Positions 39,298-51,361 of a stretch of DNA of 64,000 bases are shown here, in pieces. Each line of letters starts with the position of its first letter. The first letter of the stretch is position 1. The notes under the pieces are model-generated. The model saw nothing but the letters and a program-made list of their open reading frames with translations, did no database searches and was not told where the DNA came from. A program made the translations under genes and the position numbers. This DNA comes from Lytechinus pictus (Eukaryota): the NCBI RefSeq assembly GCF_037042905.1, contig NC_087245.1:24616001-24680000 (forward strand), given 5' to 3'.

Positions 39298-40504
39298 CTT
39301 CACGGAGATAAAAAGAAAATCAACAGAGTTAGGCTGTCATCTTGTCATTACCTTTATTGTATTTTTTCAGCCACTTGTATTTAAACGGTCTTGATGGTTT
39401 TCAGAGAACCTGAATCTCATCTTGTTTAAAGGCAAACGAAGTGGGAGTTCTCACTATTAGGACTAAACAATTTAAAATCATATTATTATAACAACCTATA
39501 TATAAGATTTACCTTTTCTTCTACAGTGCATATAAAGTTTACATTTTGTAAAATTCCAATAAAATGATATATTTGAATTGTTTGTTTTTGTTACACATTT
39601 ATGCTTAGGTCTCTAAGTGAATGACGATAATATAATCATTGCATATTTGTTCCGCTTTAGTGAGTATCACTTATATTCTTTTTTTTTAATAGTTCGTGGA
39701 AAATAATTTGAGAAAAATTGAAAATAGTTATATGAATAAAAATAGATGTTGATTATGAAGAGCGCATAGACTTTAGCTAAAATTAATGATTTCAAGATAT
39801 ATATAAATAACTTTTTACATTGGTCAAAACACTCCCTCGAGCGCCATTGCCCCTCCCTCCCCACCACACACCATTATGACCCTTGCGATGATAATGTGCG
39901 TTACATGTAGCAGGGATTATATAATAGACTTGATCTTCTGTTAATCATTGTAATGTCTAGGGAAGTGTGGATACAAAATTATGACATGAAGAATGAATAA
40001 TCATACTTTCATCTGGTAGATCGTAGACCAAAGCCTACGAATATGTGCGTAATGTTATCCCCAAAATTTAATTTTAAATATTAAGGGCCTTTTTACAAAG
40101 TGTTAACTTTTTATTGATATGCAATATATGCAATATACAAATACAAATATGACATTGTGTATTTTCTTTATATTTTATTGCATGTATATTAAAGAAAATC
40201 GATTTGATCGTAGTCAATTCGACTGGAGACATAGTAGGCCCAACGAAGTTATAGTAGAAAATAATAACAGACATGTATGCCATTTACGACAAATTTGTTT
40301 AAGTATGTGGCCGCTATGAAAGCATTTGCACATCGCCCACACTGTGAATACTCTTTATGCTGAACTGTTAAAATTCCAAAACGATTAATTTGATACTGTA
40401 TAAACTTTATGGGATTTTGTTTAATTCCAAGAATTAACTGTGTGATTGTGTTCATTTCTTTTTAGGCATACATTAATGATGATTACGAGAAATATTATAC
40501 AGAC

Positions 40505-41782
40505 CTTCATTACAAGAGACCGGAAATGGAAATCCTGGGGGATTGGATGGAATTCTCTGAGTCTATATTTTTTGGTAGGGACCATCGCGGCCGCAAGCTT
40601 CGCCTTGTTCAGGCGCGGATCCAGGAGGGGGCCGAGCCGGCCCCGGCCCCCCCTATTTTTTGACAACCTGCAGAAAAAGTGTACTATAGGAAAAACACTA
40701 AAGAAAAGTAGGAAAGAGGTATCATACCCAGAATGTGTAATTTACAACCTCGTAACGGCCGGCCCGACCCCGAAAGGAAACAAGAAAAGGGTGAGGGGAA
40801 GAATTGGAAAAAGAACTTTATATAAAAAATTTCGCTCGCGCTTCGCGCTCGCATTGCCTGTGCCAATGAATCCCATTCAAGAGGATTAAATGATACTTAT
40901 ATATCCAGATCTGAAATCAATTTGCACACAATATTTTAGCTCGCACATCAAGCTTTAATTATTTTGTTTGTTTTACACAAATTGTTTATATCAAAATTTT
41001 CAGCTCGCGCTGCGTGCTCGCACTGTTTGATTTGTGAGTTACCTATCCTCTTTGGAAATTCTTACCAAAATTTGTCAAAATGCTCCTTTATCATGTCAGT
41101 ATATAAAAAAAATTGAGCTTGTGCTTCGCGCTCGCATTTAATTGTTTGAGACACACAGCTTTTTCTGTATTTAAATAAAAACGCGCTTAGACTGTCCAGT
41201 TTTCAGGTCGGAATATCAAAAATTTTGAGCTCACGCTTCGCACTCTCATTATTTAATTGGTGATACTTGTATCCTCTTCATTAATCACTAAAAACAGTCC
41301 TAATTGAGTCCCTTTTCACGTTACTATGATAAAATTTCGGCTCGCGCTTCGCGCTCGCATTGTTTAGTTGGATACTTATCTTTTTCATGATTATCTCCTC
41401 AGAATCTTCAGGTCTAAGGACATAAAATATCAAAGGATTTGAGCTCGCGCTCCGCGCTCGCATTATATATTAAGACCACATGAGATACCTTATCTTGTTT
41501 ATAACAATAAAAACTAACATATACTTAAAACTTCAGTCTTTAGTTAGGACTACCCCCTGAACCCCCCACCAAAAAAAAAATCAGATTATAGCGGCCAATC
41601 GAGAAAAATGTTGATAAAAATATTTTTCGGCCCCCCCTATTGGCGAAAGCTGGATCCGCCCCTGTTGTTGGTGGTGTCAACGGTTTTTTGGTCTCCATGG
41701 AAACAGATTGGGTAGTCCTCGGGAACGCACTGCACAAGTTCATTGAGGATTGCGTGCATACCTGCAGTTGTACTTGGGTTCT
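40505..41782 (-). pseudogene. DUF6589-like gene exon carrying the GDQxT and DFH motifs, split by a MITE
   Basis: Removing 40610-41664 and one TTGTT copy gives an open exon, NPSTTAGMHAILNELVQCVPEDYPICFHGDQKTVDTTNKAKLAAAMVPTKKYRLREFHPIPQDFHFRSLVMK, bounded by ttttcag and gtctgt. Confidence 0.8.
40610..41664. mobile_element. CAGG(C/G)GCGGATCCAG-family element with a 5-bp TSD
   Basis: TIR CAGGCGCGGATCCAG / CTGGATCCGCCCCTG, TSD TTGTT (40605-40609, 41665-41669), and internal GCTCGCGCTTCGCGCTCGC repeats. Confidence 0.85.
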
Positions 41783-42924
41783 CTGAAAAAATGCAATGAG
41801 GACAGAAAAATTAAAATCCTTGTCTTGGAACTTATTTCTAATCACCATAACACAGGGGCAGTCGAACAGGGGTGGGCACTTGCCCTTCAAACGTTTCCCG
41901 TATGACAAAATAGTATTCTTTTTTCAGCTAGATGACATCACTCCCTTACAAAAAAGTTTAATTACATGTCTAGCGACAGACAGATGAATGGTCATAGGCA
42001 GATCCAGGGGGACCGAGCTCCCCCCCCCCCCCCCCTATTGGCGGAGCAAAAAGGGGGGAGGCAGAGGAGGAAAAAAGAAGAGGAAAAATAAGAGGAAGAC
42101 GAGTGAATAAAATAAGGTGAGAGGAAGACTTGAAAACAAAAATCATGTCACTATATGAAATTTTCGCTCGCGCTTTGCTCTCACATTACCTCTTTGATGA
42201 GGCTGATATAGCTGATAGGAGTTTAAAATACCAAGTCTTGAAGTCAATATACAATATATTTTTCAGCTCGATCATGGAGCTTTCATTATATTGTTTCATT
42301 AACTGATTAATTTTAAAAAGTGCTCATGTCCGTTTTTATTGTCTGAATATCAACATTTTCCTTGCAATGCGCTTGCATTATGTGATTTTCCAAGTGTATG
42401 TATATATTGTGTGAGGGTGTGTGTGTGTGAATGTGTGAAGATGCAAATAAATCAATTGTAATCATAAACAGGAGAAGTATCTCCCTAATCAATATCGCGA
42501 GTGTGAAGCGCGAGCTGCATTTTTTTTTATTCAGAACTGAAAAAGGGACACCTTTTGATGACTGCTTGACGGAATTCATGAAGAACTAGGTATGAAACTG
42601 ATAAAATAATTAGAGAGCGAAGCGCGAGCCTTTTTTATTTATATTCAGACCTAGAAATGTGAATTTTAAGTAATATTTGTAGAAATTTATGAAGAATAAA
42701 CATATTTATCTCATTATTAACATGATTTATCAAAGGCGACGTGATTTTTGAGGAACTTTTAGTAATCATAAAATGCGTAGTATTACCACTATTTCCCTTC
42801 TATCCTCCCCCCCCCCCCCCCTCGTTCTTAGGATGAGTGATTTGTCACATTTGTGAAGTACTAAATGCTTTTGGGGTTCAATTTTGTTCGGAGGTTTATT
42901 TTGACAACATATTACAGACACATG

Positions 42925-44712
42925 CAGTGGCGTACCTGGCATATTTCATCAGGGGGAGCAAGCGCCCAAAAAATGAGCAAGGTGGGGGGGTGGGTAGTAG
43001 GCATAGACGTATAGGCACAATTTTTTAAGGGGGGTTGATAATCATTGCCCAAATATCAACTTCACAGTTTTTAATTTTCGAGCCAGCGAAGCGAGCGAAC
43101 ATTTTTTTCAATTATTATTTAGCCATTTAACATATGAAACTTGCAGAAATTATACATTCGGTTATCAAATTACCAATACACGAGGATATTTGGGCACCTC
43201 GTAGTCCTCGTTGCCCTGCATTTTGCAGCCCCCCCCCCCCCATACACGTTTGGATGTGTAGGTCTGGAAGTGGCACTGAAGGTGGGAAAGGTTACCCAGG
43301 GGATGCCCAATAAAACAGTTGAGATCTTGCTACTACTAATTATTTGCTATCGGGCGATTGCACTTTATTGTCGAAATTATTATTTATTCTTTTGTATATC
43401 ATTCCAGAAATGAAATGTATTAGATGGTGATCGATATATTTCTAATCAAGTGGTAATTGCAATGTTTATATTAAAATAATTATTTTATTCCTCTTTGAAG
43501 GTGTTTACATTATGTTCCCAATTCTGCTCATTTTGGAGACGTTATAAAAGAGGTATTTGACATTGAAATCAGTTGTATTAATGTATTGATTTGCATTTGT
43601 TTTATTTCCATTTACACAGTTAAAGCAAAAATAAATGCATCCTTTCACTCATAAAAAAAAAAATATGAAAAAAAAAAATATATGCGACAGTAGCACGATA
43701 TATCACTAGATATGGGGAAAATCACTCACTCACTGGCAGGAATGTCAGAAGGTTGAGGGAATTGAAATTGGAAAAGATAGATAGGCGGACGAAGGGATCA
43801 GGTACATAGGATAGAAAGGGGGACGGTAATAACCAGAGGAATGTGTAAGCAGGGTTATAGCTAGGCCTTTACCCGACAGATATCAGTATACCGATTACTG
43901 ACGTCCGACGAACAGTACTCATCTATATCCAACCCAGGGGCAGATCCAGGATTTTCAAGGGGGACATATTGTTTACAAAAAATTGACAAGCCCCACCCCA
44001 AAAAGTCTTCACTTTCAATTGCACGTGCCTAACAATTTACACTAAAATTATATATATAAATAATAATTGCGAGCGCGAAGCGCGAGCTGAAATTTTCTAA
44101 GAATTTAGACCTAAAACGATACATTTTTATGCACTTAACTATGAATAGGATGGATATCTTCCTTAATAAATTATGCGAGCGCGAAGCGCGAGCTAAAATT
44201 TTTGATATTCCTAACTGGACACTAGACATTCTAATCAGTTTTATAAGATTGGTATCTAAAGAATCGTGCGGGCGCAAAGCGCGAGCTAAAACTTTTGATA
44301 TTCCAACTTAAGAACTGGATATTCCGAGCACTTTTAGTAACCATGAACAAATTGGTTTCTTACTAATCAATTGACGCGAGCGCGAAGTGCGAGCTGAAAA
44401 TTTTTGATATTTCAACCTGAAAACTAGACATTTATCTTAGGTACCCAGTACTAGTACCCAACTAAATAATTGATGCGAGCGCGTAGCGCGAGCGAAATTT
44501 TTATTGTTATAATTATATTACCTGCAAGTTGTTCTCTACCTTTTTCCTGTCCCTGGTCAGCCCAGTCCATGCTCAGAGAGCTCTAAAAGTCGCATTGCGT
44601 AAAAATCAAAATTTACCGATAAAAGTGTACAGTTAAAATTTACCGACAAAGATGGTGGAACTAAAAAAACAAAGCCCCCTGCCCCCCCCCCCCTCTTAGG
44701 TATACGCTAGTG
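42925..44712. mobile_element. hAT-like non-autonomous element with nested inserts
   Basis: Termini CAGTGGCGTACCT / AGGTATACGCTAGTG with an 8-bp TSD GACACATG / GACTCATG. The right end matches the left end of 1360-1633. Confidence 0.6.
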
Positions 44713-46886
44713 GACTCATGTAAAAAATACAATGCAGCTCAGATTTTCAAAGTTAAATCAATGTTAAACCTCCTTGGCAAACATCAATACTTTGACTGGT
44801 ACTCGGCGTTGGAAAACTAACGTCTCTGAGCCTGAAATGTTCCCAAAGTTTCGAACATTCTTCGAACATGTAGGTTATTAATTCACTTACCTTGTTATCA
44901 CCAATGTTTAAAATCAAAGCCGAAGTCAGTTCCTGAAGTTTCCAGCATTAATTTTTCCTCACATCCCCAGAAATATCAGGAAAAGAAAGTCTCTCGGATG
45001 TCTAGTCATAACAAAACATGTATAGGCCTACGCTGTTTAAAATGTCATTCCTTCCCTCAGTATTGTGTAGGCTAGCTTACATTCCTATCTCGCGCCTGTC
45101 TCGTCAGCCTTTTCAAATTTCCCACTATTGTGCGCTCGTTTCATCGCCCCAGTGCATTACAATGGACCTGTTATCATGGGTGGACATTCGGCGTTTGTGA
45201 ATGGATTCACAGTGATTGCCTCCGTCGACGTCGTTTCAATAAATTAATAGATCAATAGTTAATATCAATGTTCTGAAATAATGGGAAATCCATGTGCAGC
45301 AGTAGGCTGTTTATTGCATAAGAATTGATGCATTGATTTTACCGGTAAGGGTTATACATGTAATTTACTTCGATTTGATTTTTTTTGTTTTAAATCTAGC
45401 TTTTAGTAATATATACTAATTAAGAGGGTCTCCATTCATACTAGGGTGTTTCACTCTGCGACGTACGGATGATTCAAGAACAGTGTAAATGTATTGAAAA
45501 TGCCCTGAAATGACAAAGAACAGCTGAAGAGGGCTTTGTCGAAAATTGGTGAACCGGAACAGCAATTTTGTGCTAAGTTTCAGAGCTGTCGAAAAATTGC
45601 AAATATGTCGTTTGTCCAGAGTCAAGGACTAAAGCTGCTGTTTTGATTCACCAATTTTCGACAAAGACTTCTTTGCTTTTTTTTCTTTGTCAAAACAGGC
45701 ATATGACAATACATTTAATCTGTCCTTGGAACCATTCGTACGTAGCTGAGCAAAGCCTTCCATTATGTAAAACATAGCTGTATAGACTACTAACCAGTGG
45801 TGTTATGAACCCCCCCAAAAAAATTATGAGGATGCACAACATGGAGTGTGTGCAAAAAATTCATAGAAATCACAAGGGAGCGAAGCAAGAGAGAAAACTT
45901 ATCTTTTCAAAATGAAAATTAAATTGTGTAATATGTTTTGACATACTGTAATATTAAGAAAAAAACGTGATAGGCCTATACTATCCCCTTCCCCGAACTT
46001 TTCTTTCATTTTTCCTTTTTCTATATTTTTTATCGGTAGTGAAACTGTTTTTTGGGGGTATGGCCCAGAGGCCCCCTATCTGTAAGCCATTGGTAATAAC
46101 ATATTAATTTACTTCTATCCATTAACATGATAAGGGTATACTATAACAACTGAGGGGGGGGGGGCTTGGGGCAAACCCTCTACTGTACTAGTCCAAAGGG
46201 GAGGGGGCGAGGGCTAGGTGGAGAATACTGCACTAAATTTATGCGTTGTTGCAGGGTTGCGAACAAGGCATATCAACACGCGACTTGCATTTTGATAATT
46301 CTTTAACGTGATTCATGAAGTAGTACCCTGTAACCATCATTAATCAAAAAGTTTTTTTTTCTGGCTCGCTTCGCTCTTACGAACCATATAAAGGAGGTTG
46401 GTCACGTGGTCAACGAGCTGCCATTGTAGAGCCTTTTTTAGTTTCATTCGGCAACACCTTTATCAGCCCTACATTTTGATAGACAAGAAAACGTAGTACG
46501 AAGTAAGGATAACAGAATTCGATTAACACCATTTGGGAAACATAACCTGCGAGATGGGTTTCAATTTCAATTTGAAATTTATTTTCCATCTTTGAAAAAC
46601 CAAGATACATTGTAAATATAACATAGTATTGACGTGATATATACATATATAAAATGGAGGGATACCAAAAGCAGATTGCTTGCAAGCAGGGTCCCAACAT
46701 ACCAATCAACATTCATTAAGAAAGACAGTATATAACCATTTAAAATGAATTCCCTCCATACACGCACGCACGCACGCACACACGCACACACACCCTCACA
46801 ATAAATAGAAGAAGTAATGAGGTCAGGTCATGACAAAGAAATGAATTAAGATTGTGAATAGAAAATGAGAGGAGAATTATGTAGTA

Positions 46887-47117
46887 CACAGTAAAAACGC
46901 TGTTTAAGATTTTATACAACGCTGTTTACTATATGAACCTTACAGTAGTTGTTTAACACTTTAAACAATCATGTTTAATTTATTGAAGATTATATATTGA
47001 AAACTGAACTATGTTGTTTAAGATTTTAAACACTTGTTTAAACTGTTTAAACAATTACTGTAAGGTTCATATAGTAAACAGCGTTGTATTAAAAAAATAA
47101 ACAGCGTGTTTACTGTG
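46887..47117. mobile_element. Near-perfect fold-back MITE with a TA TSD
   Basis: TA|CACAGTAAAAACGCTGTTTA...TAAACAGCGTGTTTACTGTG|TA. The interior is also largely self-complementary. Confidence 0.8.
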
Positions 47118-47343
47118 TAGAGAGGAGAAAGGCAATAAGATAGAGGAAGATGACTATAACATTGTAAAATCTACTCAGAATGTAATAATTTTATAAAATA
47201 AAAATACATTTTTTTTTAATAAAGTGAGTTTGAATGTGGAAAGAGTTGAGCTTTGTTGGGTAGCGTGATAAAAGTCATTCCATAGTGCAATATGATGTTG
47301 TGCAGGGGATTAATTTAAAGCCATGGAAGAGGAAAGTTTTGAT

Positions 47344-47940
47344 TTAGTTTTCAAGTTCTGCAGCAGTGTTATCTTCGTCACACTTCTCGAGTTCAGTCAT
47401 TTTATCCTTTTCTTTCTCTGCTGCCTTGCTGGCTTCTTTCGCTTTCTTCTTCAATTTCATAGTCTCTCTCTTTTCACTGTCAATGATACCAATCCCTGAT
47501 CCGAGCACTCGAAGGACCCTTCCCTGTGATGTTTCGATGCCGGTCCCTAAGACCTCAAACTCGACGCCATCTTGGTTCCATGTGGCCTTGGTATCCAAGG
47601 CGAGGCCAAGCGAGAAACCGAGGCAACCGAGAATACAATTTGCGCTGCAGAGTTCCATCGTACAGTCGGTTACGAGCTGCAAGCCATCGTCACAGCCACA
47701 GGACAACTCACAGCCAACGTTTGGATACCTGCATTCTAGATTGGTAAACCCGTCACAAAAGTCCTTTGAAGCTGACCCCACCCCCGCCGAAGCGGATAGA
47801 CATGCCCCGGGGACGATGGCCAATTCGTATTCGAGCTTTGAACTTCCTTCGATGTCGACATCGATGTCGCTTAGAGCTGTGGTCTTTCCGGCATCCTTGG
47901 TCGATGAGTTTGGTTGAGTTGTGATAACATTTGCTGGATT
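47344..47940 (-). CDS. Exon 2 of an uncharacterised 312-aa protein (Cys/Gly-rich beta-strand-like domain plus Lys/Glu-rich tail)
   Basis: ttttcatag|AAT CCA...TAA. 597 nt open in phase 0, with GC-richer, codon-like composition. Confidence 0.75.
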   Translation of the reverse strand, partial: NPANVITTQPNSSTKDAGKTTALSDIDVDIEGSSKLEYELAIVPGACLSASAGVGSASKDFCDGFTNLECRYPNVGCELSCGCDDGLQLVTDCTMELCSANCILGCLGFSLGLALDTKATWNQDGVEFEVLGTGIETSQGRVLRVLGSGIGIIDSEKRETMKLKKKAKEASKAAEKEKDKMTELEKCDEDNTAAELEN

Positions 47941-48406
47941 CTATGAAAATAGAAATCAAACTTTCATAAACATCACTATCATCATCATTATTATCATCGT
48001 TATCATCGTCAATATCATCACCAACAAAATTGTAATCATACTCTCTTTTAAATTAAAAAAAGATATCGGGGTTATCCTAAAATATGAACAATTTCTTTCA
48101 GTTGAAATATTTTCGAAAGTTTCAATTTGTGGGTAAATTTGTGGGTTTTGTAATCAGAGCTGATAAACGTGATAAATTTCAATATATTCGAAGCATTGGC
48201 AAACATTTAAATTTGAATCATTCTGGACTGATTGCGATAAGCATAATACTTTCCCAATAATTGCATTAGCCGTTTGCATGTATATAACACTAATAAGCAA
48301 TGATAGATTACAGGAAAGCCTGGAATGGGAGGAGATAAAGTTATCGTATAAAGTTAATGTATTTTTTTTTATTGTTTTATTTTGTTTGTTTGTATTTGCG
48401 ACGTAC

Positions 48407-48748
48407 CAGTGTAGAATCAATGTCTGAATTAGGCGTATTGTTTCCTTTCTCCGTTCTACTTTGTCCGGTCACGCGGCTCTCATTTTCCTCCTCCTCGGTG
48501 TGATGATCTTCCTTGGTACTTTTATTCTCCTTTTCATCAACCAGATCGTTCTCGTCATCAAAACCTTTATTAGACTGGCCGAGGTCTTTAGCTCCACATT
48601 GATCGTCATCATGAAGCACGATTGGTTCTCCTTCATCGTCATGGTCATGGTGATCGTCTTCGACATCATTGATGTGATCATCTGATTTCTCATTGACCTT
48701 GTCATCGATGCTGGTCACAGATGTTTTGATTTCAACGGCGTTCTCCAT
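48407..48748 (-). CDS. Exon 1 of the same gene (acidic Asp/Glu/His-rich low-complexity N-terminus)
   Basis: ATG at 48748, 342 nt open, donor CTG|gtacgt in phase 0 matching exon 2. Confidence 0.7.
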
Positions 48749-51361
48749 CCTCACGCTCTATTATCCTTTATTCTTTGTCTTTTTATTTATTACTGTCAGT
48801 AGCTTTCTAATTCAGAGCGTTTTGTATCACAAATACCACAATGACAATCATCAATCAGCACACAAGTTTGAATAAAACCAAATCCAACTGTTTAGATTCT
48901 TTAAATGATATTCTTGCATTTTCCCTCGGATTTATAACCTTAACGGGTTCCAACCCATTATACAGCCCCTACCATTAGGTTATTTCCCCAATTCTAATGC
49001 CTGTCATTGTTCTATTTTGGCTTCTTCATTATCAGTCGATTGAATTGATCAACCTATTTGGGTTTCATCTATAGTCCTGAATGTAAACAAGAATAATCAA
49101 GTATTGATATGTCGCATGACAAATGTTTTGACATGTTTGTGGGAGATGATAAGACATCGTGTTGAAATAATCTACCTCGAATTGATATAGAGATCCTGTT
49201 TTGACGTCACATATTCGGCAAAGTGACGACGAAGAGTTTTGTCTTTCGAAATCCAGATTATATACTCTAATAATTGGGGGATGTTATAATAGTTCATGAA
49301 GTTCAAAACGATTAGAACAATACAGCCCTCACAATTTTCCAAGGGGTGGCATTTTTTGTTGAGAAAAAAAAATGACAAGCAAAAAAAGATCTATACTCCC
49401 GAGTTATGATGGCGAGTTATGTCACATTTTCATCTTCATTTGTGTATGGCCCCGACAAATTCCATTACCAAATATTTTTCAATGGCTTTCAAAGGGGGAG
49501 GGGCAAGGGCCGAGGCCTGGTGTTCCCATATCTGGTCATTCACTGACGGAGACTACATTGTAATTAACTAATTAATCATGATTAATTATCGAAATATGAT
49601 AAGATGCTCCTGAGTGGAATGTTAGCTATTTGAATAATTATATCCATATTTATTAACGGTATTAGTATGTGCAATATTTTGGTATTATTCTCGTTAAAAA
49701 ATTTAAAGACTAATTTAGCTCTTAAAAGTGAAACATGCATGATCAGATTATTGACAGCTTTCCCTCAGCATTATCACTGTACAGTATCATGATTATTACG
49801 TCATGATCATCAATGTATTTTTCTCTGAGCATTACATTGTCGCGTCATAATCATTTTTAATGCGCGCTGACTGCGTAACAACCGGCCATTATCATTAATG
49901 CAAGCAAAAAGACAAAACAAAAAGCATAATATACCCCAGCAAGACTAAACATGTAGGGATAAAAAAGATTCACGGAAAACAGAGCTGAAAACAAGATAAA
50001 CAGCAAATATGCGATTTTCACTAAAAATAAACGTTTTTATGTTACTAATTTATGACATAGGAATATCAACTGTGGTGGCGGAACTTGGAAGATTTAAGGC
50101 AAGTTTGATTCGTCATAAATTATTGTTTTTTTTTAGGGTTTTCCAAAAAAAATATTATATACACCTTGCATTGGTACATTTACATGTATCTTCAAGACTC
50201 TTCTTAATATTTACGTAGTTTTAAATATCAGATCTTAGTGAAAAAATGTAAATATTACTTCATAAAAACTTTCTCCCATATCAATGGCAGCAGAGGCGTA
50301 TATCAAACGGGGGGGGGGGACGGATCACATGTCCCATATAGGTCTCATGCACTCGATCTTTCAAAGGGGCGAAAAAGTTAAGAAAAATATATATTAAAAA
50401 AAGGCAAAGAGCGGGAAGCAAGGAGGGGGGGCAATAACGAGCCAAATCAGACATAAAGTTCAAAGGGGTGCGATTTGATTGCTGGCCCCAGGTATGTTTG
50501 ATTATAAGTAAACTTATTTGCCTTATCTTAGCAAAGGGCACAATGGATTGAATCCGTGTTTGTATTTCCAATCTTGATTAGAATTGCCATTTGGAACCAA
50601 GGAATGATTATTTCCCTGTATACATTACACAATTTTCATTGCTGACGAGTGTTGATTTTCCCCCTCTGATGAAAGAATTATGACGTCGTACATTCGTATT
50701 AAATTTACTTTAATACTATGAACATCGTATGAAGACAAGTAACGGGGAAGACCGCCCTGACAAAAAGTTTATTGAAATTTTTTTTTTATATAAGAAAAAT
50801 ATTAAAAACTTATTCGTGACGTCATATACAAGCAGGTTTCCCACATATCGTATGTCTTAAAAACTCAGTGGATAATTGTCATTTGCCAAGAAAATTGAAC
50901 ATATTTTTTATTCAACCTTCAGTTTATCAATAGAGAAGTCATTTCACACACGCTCGGCGCGCCATGCAGAAAGAGAAAAGAAACCGAGTTATCATGAACC
51001 ATTAAATATTTGAAATGTAGGGCCTATAAATTGTATTTTACATGGGGCAGATTCTCTTAGGCCTATATGACGTCACAAATGAAAAAAAAACTTAAAATTC
51101 CTTAAACCTTTACCAATATTTTCATTATTATAGTTTTTATTTCTACTATTTATAAAACAAACTTTCTGGGTGAACTTCTCCTTTTAAGACAGATTTTCGT
51201 CAGTTTCATGGGTCAGAATCATTATTTTTTGCTGATCCTCAAAATTATGTAATATTGGGAATATATACATGTATGAAGAAAGTTACATCGGTGGAGCCTT
51301 GGGGCGATTGTATGGTGTCCAAAATCGGGTAAAATTATGAAAGATTGAAAGGATCTCTAAT

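Noticed and set aside
46887..47117. CACAGT terminus as a RAG-type RSS heptamer
   Set aside because: It has a TA TSD and no spaced nonamer; it is an ordinary fold-back MITE.
47366..47917. 183-aa plus-strand ORF
   Set aside because: It is the antisense shadow of the minus-strand exon, which has matching splice sites and phase.
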